DNA of 64,000 nucleotides from Trichoplax sp. H2 (Eukaryota): NCBI GenBank assembly GCA_003344405.1, contig NOWV01000019.1, positions 1 to 64,000 of the forward strand, read 5' to 3'. Shown piece by piece: positions 58,101 to 64,000 of this stretch (position 1 is its first letter; each line of letters starts with the position of its first letter). The notes under the pieces were generated by a model. It saw only the letters and a program-made list of their open reading frames with translations, ran no database searches and was not told where the DNA came from. The position numbers and the translations under genes were made by a program.

Positions 58101-61100
58101 ACGGATACTGAGAAACACGGCTGTAGTGGCGACACTGAAATCGATCAATTCTACATTAAAATAAAGCCAGTGCTGTGCTGGTAATGACAGGGATGTAATC
58201 TATCAAAATTCCTTTTTCTATCCGTTCATTATTAGTATTAAACTCCATCATGGGTCATTAGTCATTGGCAATTTATATCATTCATTTCTAGTTTATGTTA
58301 ATACACCCTATATTTTATTATTAATGAGAAGCTAATGTGGTTAAGGATAATCTAACTTTACTGCAGTATGATTAACCACTAGAAGCAAGAGTGATTTTAA
58401 AAAGAAATCCTTCAAAAGTTCTATTGCATTCAATATAGAATATACTTTTATAGATTGAGTACTCGACGAATGACGATGCTCTTTCGACAATTAATCAATA
58501 ATTGCTCAACTACGTTAAATTGACCTGTATTTTATGACAATAATTTATAGTTATGGATCACATGAATCAATTCACAGTCAATCTTCCCCTCCAACTCTAT
58601 TCCTGTTGCAAGGATAAAATAAAAATAGAGTTGTTTATGCATAGAATATACGAGGCCATTGACTGCCACCAAGACAATGTCGACAATCTAGTCGTGCCTA
58701 ATAATAAATATTAAGCAGTAATTAATGAATTACTCATCAATAGGTGAAAATGAGCATAATTAAATGTTTTCTTATTTTTTATCGTGCGCACGACTTAAAT
58801 TTCCAGTTAACAGATTCCTATTACGACAAAGTTTATACACTACATTGGCTATGAAGACATCAAAAGTTAATAATTGTACGTTAAAACTACAGTATACTGA
58901 TCACTATTTCAACTATTTATTTGATGCATTTACTTGGTTTAAAAAGATCTCTTCAAAGTGATTTATTGCATTTTTTATACCGTATAATTGAATCACGTTA
59001 CAATTCCTTTTTCATATTAATTAATTAATGGCCTTATTTTTGCTTGTAATTGTATCTACAAACGGTACTACAAGCTCATCTTACTCCAATTTGATGTTGT
59101 GTGAAGTAAGAATAAATACAGTAAAGCGATCAGTGATAAAAAAATAATTCCAAGCATAGGGCTTATAGGAATAGACTTTACTAGGATAGAATATGCAATA
59201 ATGTTAAAAAGCAGGTCTTATCCTGGTTAAAATAAGATGATTGTATCTTTTTTGGTCATGCCTGCAGTTTATAGCAAGTACTTACAATTCGTATCATTAT
59301 TCGTATTACTCTGCTGATATCACAAAATAAAGTACGGAGGTACATTGACTACTAGGCAAGCAGACACAGCAGTACGGTATCTTTCCGGTAGCCTAGAACA
59401 GATAAAAGCTCCCTTATTTTTTGAATTACTTCCGTCTTCAGATGGAATAATTATGATCATTGAGTACTAGTAAATGGGGAAGAGGATCCAAATTATTAAT
59501 ACTATTTCTCAAAATCACATTTTTAAAGCTTTTTTACAATGCAGCCAATGTAATTACCTAGTCAGAATAGAAGAAATAGGCTATGGTTACGCTTTATTAA
59601 TTAGTCAACAGGGGCATACAAATCGTAATTGCTAATGGAGTTGTTAAAGACAAAGAAATCTACAGTAGAGTTATACATTACTAAGTACTGTTTGATCAAA
59701 TGATTGCTGGTTGATAAAATCTTAAAGACCGCTTTGTTAGCTAAAACTTTTATAGCGAAATCCATTGACTGTAAGCATTATGCCAGAAATGCAGTTTTAC
59801 TTGAAGTATAACGCTAACCAAAACGTGGCTTTTACTTCAAAGAGATTCCACTTTCCATTTATAATCCATGCTCAATAAAAGATGCTTCTTTAAGTCAGGC
59901 ATAACTTTTCGTATTCACTCCTCTGCTAAAATTATACTTATTTAAGATCAGTTGATAGTAAAAGAAAAGAAGTATAGTTCCAAGCTACCCTCATTGATTA
60001 TAATTTCTCGCTTCTATCAGTGAATTTATTAAACATTCTATTCATATAAGAAGAAAAAATGTGGTCATATTTGAATCAATGGTGTACACTATGCAGGTCG
60101 TAAATTCTTGGAGACTAGGGAATGCTTTCTCCTAGCAATTTAAATCATGATAGATAGTATTTGCTATAGGAGTTGATCCTTTAGTCTCAGTTGTGCCCGT
60201 ATATTGTCAATACTAATGCAGTAATTTAATATCACTTTTCTCTGAGAATGATATAGTAGCTCCTGCTAATCCAGTTGCTTTGACTAATTGCGCAAATTTT
60301 AAATGATAAATTAGTGATAGTGTAAGTTTTTTTTACTTAGAATACTTTGGCTGATGTAGTCGAGGAAGTTATGCATAAATCATCGTTAAGTGCTGCAACC
60401 AGTAATGAGAGTACACAAGAAGAAAAAAAAGAGAAAAAAATTCTATATCCCATCAAAGGTGTTCCTTATACCTTAGATATTAATTTGCGTGAAGGTGCCA
60501 ATTTGATCGCCAAGGATTTATCAGGTAAACTCAGCAGATATATCGCATCATTATTAACAATAAAGTTTTTCTATTTCTACTGACCCGATAAACACAATTC
60601 CAATTCTGTTAGCCAAGAATTAATTAATCATGAATTTCATTAGGTTTATTAATAATATTAATATATTATAATGCAGCTGTACAAAATGGGCGTACATCGC
60701 TCATTCTATACCTGTAGGTTAAAGCGGAATTATAGAGTTAGGCGGCAATTGCTTTTAATATTGTTAAACGGATAAACTAAAGATAGGATAGCGTTATTAT
60801 TCATCGATCGTTACAACGTTAGTTATTATAAATCCGTTGTCTTAAAACAAAATTTGCAGTTGTAATAATGCTAGCATTCAAGTAATCTATTTAAAAAGAG
60901 AACAAAATTACGATTTCGAATTTAAAGTGATAACCGAATGGTGACGTTAATCGTGAACTCTGTCATTGAAATTAACAATGAAAACACTCAAAACGAGGAT
61001 AGAATTGTCACTAAGTTAGCTAACATTCTTATTTCTTGTTATCCTTTCTTATTTGTGCAGGAACAAGCGATCCCTATGTCAAATTTCGCTATAACAATAA

Positions 61101-62120
61101 GCTATTGTATAAAAGTGCTACCATCTATCGTGATCTACGACCTCGTTGGTATGAAAAGTTCTCTCTGAACATAGAAGATGTTAGTAAATTTCTTTACCTC
61201 AAAGTTTATGATTACGACTTTGCTCTGAAAGACGATTTTATGGGTGAAGCCTATGTGGATATGGCTACACTGGAGTTAGAAAAGTAAGAAATGGCATCAT
61301 CGTAGTGTCTATAATTGCCATAATAAATGCCTTTGTATTGAAAAATTAATCTATTCTGTTCAATTTTGGCTTTTAATTTACCGCATTTAAACGATAGAAG
61401 ATCGTTTTCTTTTAATAGTTACATCGATTATTATTCGGCTTTCATTATTCTTAATACTGATTGAATTGTTTCATGAACATTGCTCAGCTTAGTATCATTC
61501 AATTGTTATGTAAAGTTAAAAGTTTAAAACTGTTTTACTACATTAGCTACATCTTTCACAAGCTATTTGCTCAAGACTAGTAAACTAATAGCGCCTTGTA
61601 CTAATATCAAATAATAATATTTGTATATGCCACTCCATTTTTGGATAAAAATTTGGCAGATTAGTACAATTTGCAGCGTGACATAACATTAATATTCCTT
61701 TTTTTACTTTATTACCTGACTATGCATTGTCCAAAATCAATATCTTATAATCACTAGTATTTTAATAGATTATCTTAAACTAATTACTTGAGTCGGTTTT
61801 GCTTTGTATCGTTAGGTAAGGATTTCAACTGTTATGTAAAGTCCTTATGTGGTTAAATTACAGCATAAATATAGATAAATACGCGTATTTACTATGTGTT
61901 GTATAACAATTAACAGCTTTACTTAATTCGATATTTTCGTCGGTAAAAACAGGTAATTATCAATTTGTTGATTCAGCCACAGCAATTTATTATTATAACT
62001 CTCTCTCTGTTAAGGATAACCGAGATTAAATTAAAGCTAGAAGATCCAAATGCAGCTGGAAAGGACTTAGGCTATCTATTGTTAACATTGACATTGACGC
62101 CAAAGAGAGAAATGAAAGAG
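55176..62120 (+). CDS. MCTP1: Multiple C2 and transmembrane domain protein, 5' part (N-terminus + first C2 domain); remainder not located in the window
   Basis: Exons 55176-55215, 56419-57002, 60341-60524, 61061-61283, 62015-62120 with consistent phases; [28 protein letters not shown]...LYLKVYDYDFALKDDFMGEA...LEDP...DLGYLLLTLTLTPK matches MCTP1/2 C2A (MCTP1 vs MCTP2 not distinguishable). Confidence 0.9.
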
Positions 62121-64000
62121 GTAAATCAGAATGTTATGAACCAGTCATAACACATTTTGGATTGATCATTATGTCTAATGTTTACTATAAATTCGAATGA
62201 TACGCAACACAATTGAAAATCTTATGTAAAGCTATAATATTAAAATATTAAGCATCAACAACATCTGCATCGTACATTTACTTCATGCATCAAGTTTCAC
62301 ATACTGTCAGATAACGCATCTTGTATATCATCATCATTTCATTAAAGATATAATGTCTAAAGTTGGTAATGTACTATAATTGCTAGATATATCGCGTTTT
62401 CCCTTACTGTTTGTTTTAATATAGTATGATTAATCTGAAGTAGTGATTTTTCCATCGTTTTTATCTTGAAAAATTTCTAAATACTGCAGAGATCAGTGAA
62501 AAGCTAATATTAAGTTATATTCTAGTACTAATTAAATCAGAGTTGCAAATACCAACCTGGCTCTTAGTGCTTAATAATATTTGGAATATTTTCTATGACT
62601 ACCGTATCTACAGTATGACTCTACACCCGAACTGTAATTATTCCACATAGCTCTATAATAAGAACTGACTTATTCAAGAATTTCAATCAATCGACATAGT
62701 AACAGAGCAAGCATTATCAATCTACTACTTGTAATGAAATTAAGATATCCTCCGTATGCTCGTTATTATCCCATGAGTACCGATGTTATTATTCTTATCG
62801 GAACATAATATGCCAAACTACGCCCCATTGCTATAATCGTATTACAGTACTTTAACCCGTATTATGTTTAAAGTTAACCATATTGTATCATGAAACAATA
62901 ATTTAAAGCATTTTGACACCAATTCGGAGTCAACGCTAGCGAACAATAAAATGGAGATAATCATTTATAAATGTAAACAGCGAATTTAGATGGGTTACTG
63001 TAAGTATGGTGTTTACGTAGTCACGTTCTAGCAATTTCTCATATTTTGCTATATGTAGCCAATGACATCATCATCACTGCACTTTTAAGAGCAATGGCTT
63101 ATCATCATATTGTTTCCCTCCTATTTAATTATAGTTATGCACAGCATCATACATTTTGTCGCCGTATGCCTGTGTCCAGAAACTAATGCCAAATTTTAAT
63201 TTACTATTTCACATTAACGTTACTTTTGCAACGAGTCCGAGCAACTGCTGATGATTTTATCCTTAAATACGTATTTAAAACTTACTTGAGCTATTTCTGT
63301 AGTCAAATAATAATTGCATGCTTAACCAATCGACAAGTAATTTCGCAAAGATAAGAATGGTAACTTCAACTGAATCTCCGCCGACTTCTAATGAGTTAAA
63401 ATCAACTTTTCATCCTAGACAAGTATATCTAATATGTTGTGTTTTTATGAATATCAATCTTGAATAACTGTAATTCATATATCTCTTCATATGAATAAAA
63501 AGCCCAGAATGCAATACTTCTTATCTAGTAACTAGTTTATTGCAAGCATAAACTATCAAGAACAGTTCAGTTCATATGATAATTAAGGCTAAAGATGTAA
63601 ATAGGTATTCGATAAGGTATAAAGTAGTAAAAAGACAAGCAAGATTACTGCTCTTTACATCTCTGTAGCTCGTAGAAAAAAGACAAAACTTGCTAGAGCA
63701 GGATTTTTATGAAATAGGTAATTTGATATTATCCGGTAGCGCGGTAGTTGTCACTGCAAATATTGAAAAGTACACTGTGATATACCTTTCTTATTGATAT
63801 TCTATATATTGATGTATGTGTTTGCGTTCTATTTTAAATCTTATTTCCTTCCTACTACAACTACCTATTGCCTATTTATTGATGACATAAGACTATCAAG
63901 CTTATCGTTAATATAGCATTCTATAGTTAGATATTTATTATAGCTGTTTAAATTGTGCCGTAACATTTAATATTATACGCACAATTTATATATTATTTAC

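Overview
AT-rich eukaryotic (animal-like) genomic DNA with compact GT-AG introns. Composition and gene structure suggest a placozoan such as Trichoplax, but this is inference only. Three conserved genes were assembled exon by exon: neutral sphingomyelinase SMPD2 (-, 36903-40037), head-to-head with the Bloom-type RecQ helicase BLM (+, 43224-47717), and the 5' part of MCTP (+, 55176 to >62120). The BLM promoter carries a canonical CDE/E2F-CHR element. Lineage-specific content includes two tandem 7-exon paralogues of a ~12-TM protein built from three tetraspan-like repeats (one copy has a single in-frame TAG), a spliced 66-aa microprotein, a decayed GPCR-like pseudogene, solo LTRs (one nested in another) and a long foldback element. 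The most unusual feature is at ~3.0-5.6 kb on the minus strand. A signal-peptide plus acidic pro-region exon is followed by a ~190-260 bp tandem array whose conserved core is 'ttcag-NNN-gtaagtc'. Every unit with both splice sites intact around 3 nt encloses an Arg codon (CGT/CGC), i.e. candidate 3-nt one-codon microexons. A second, decayed array of the same family lies at ~15.3-17.6 kb.
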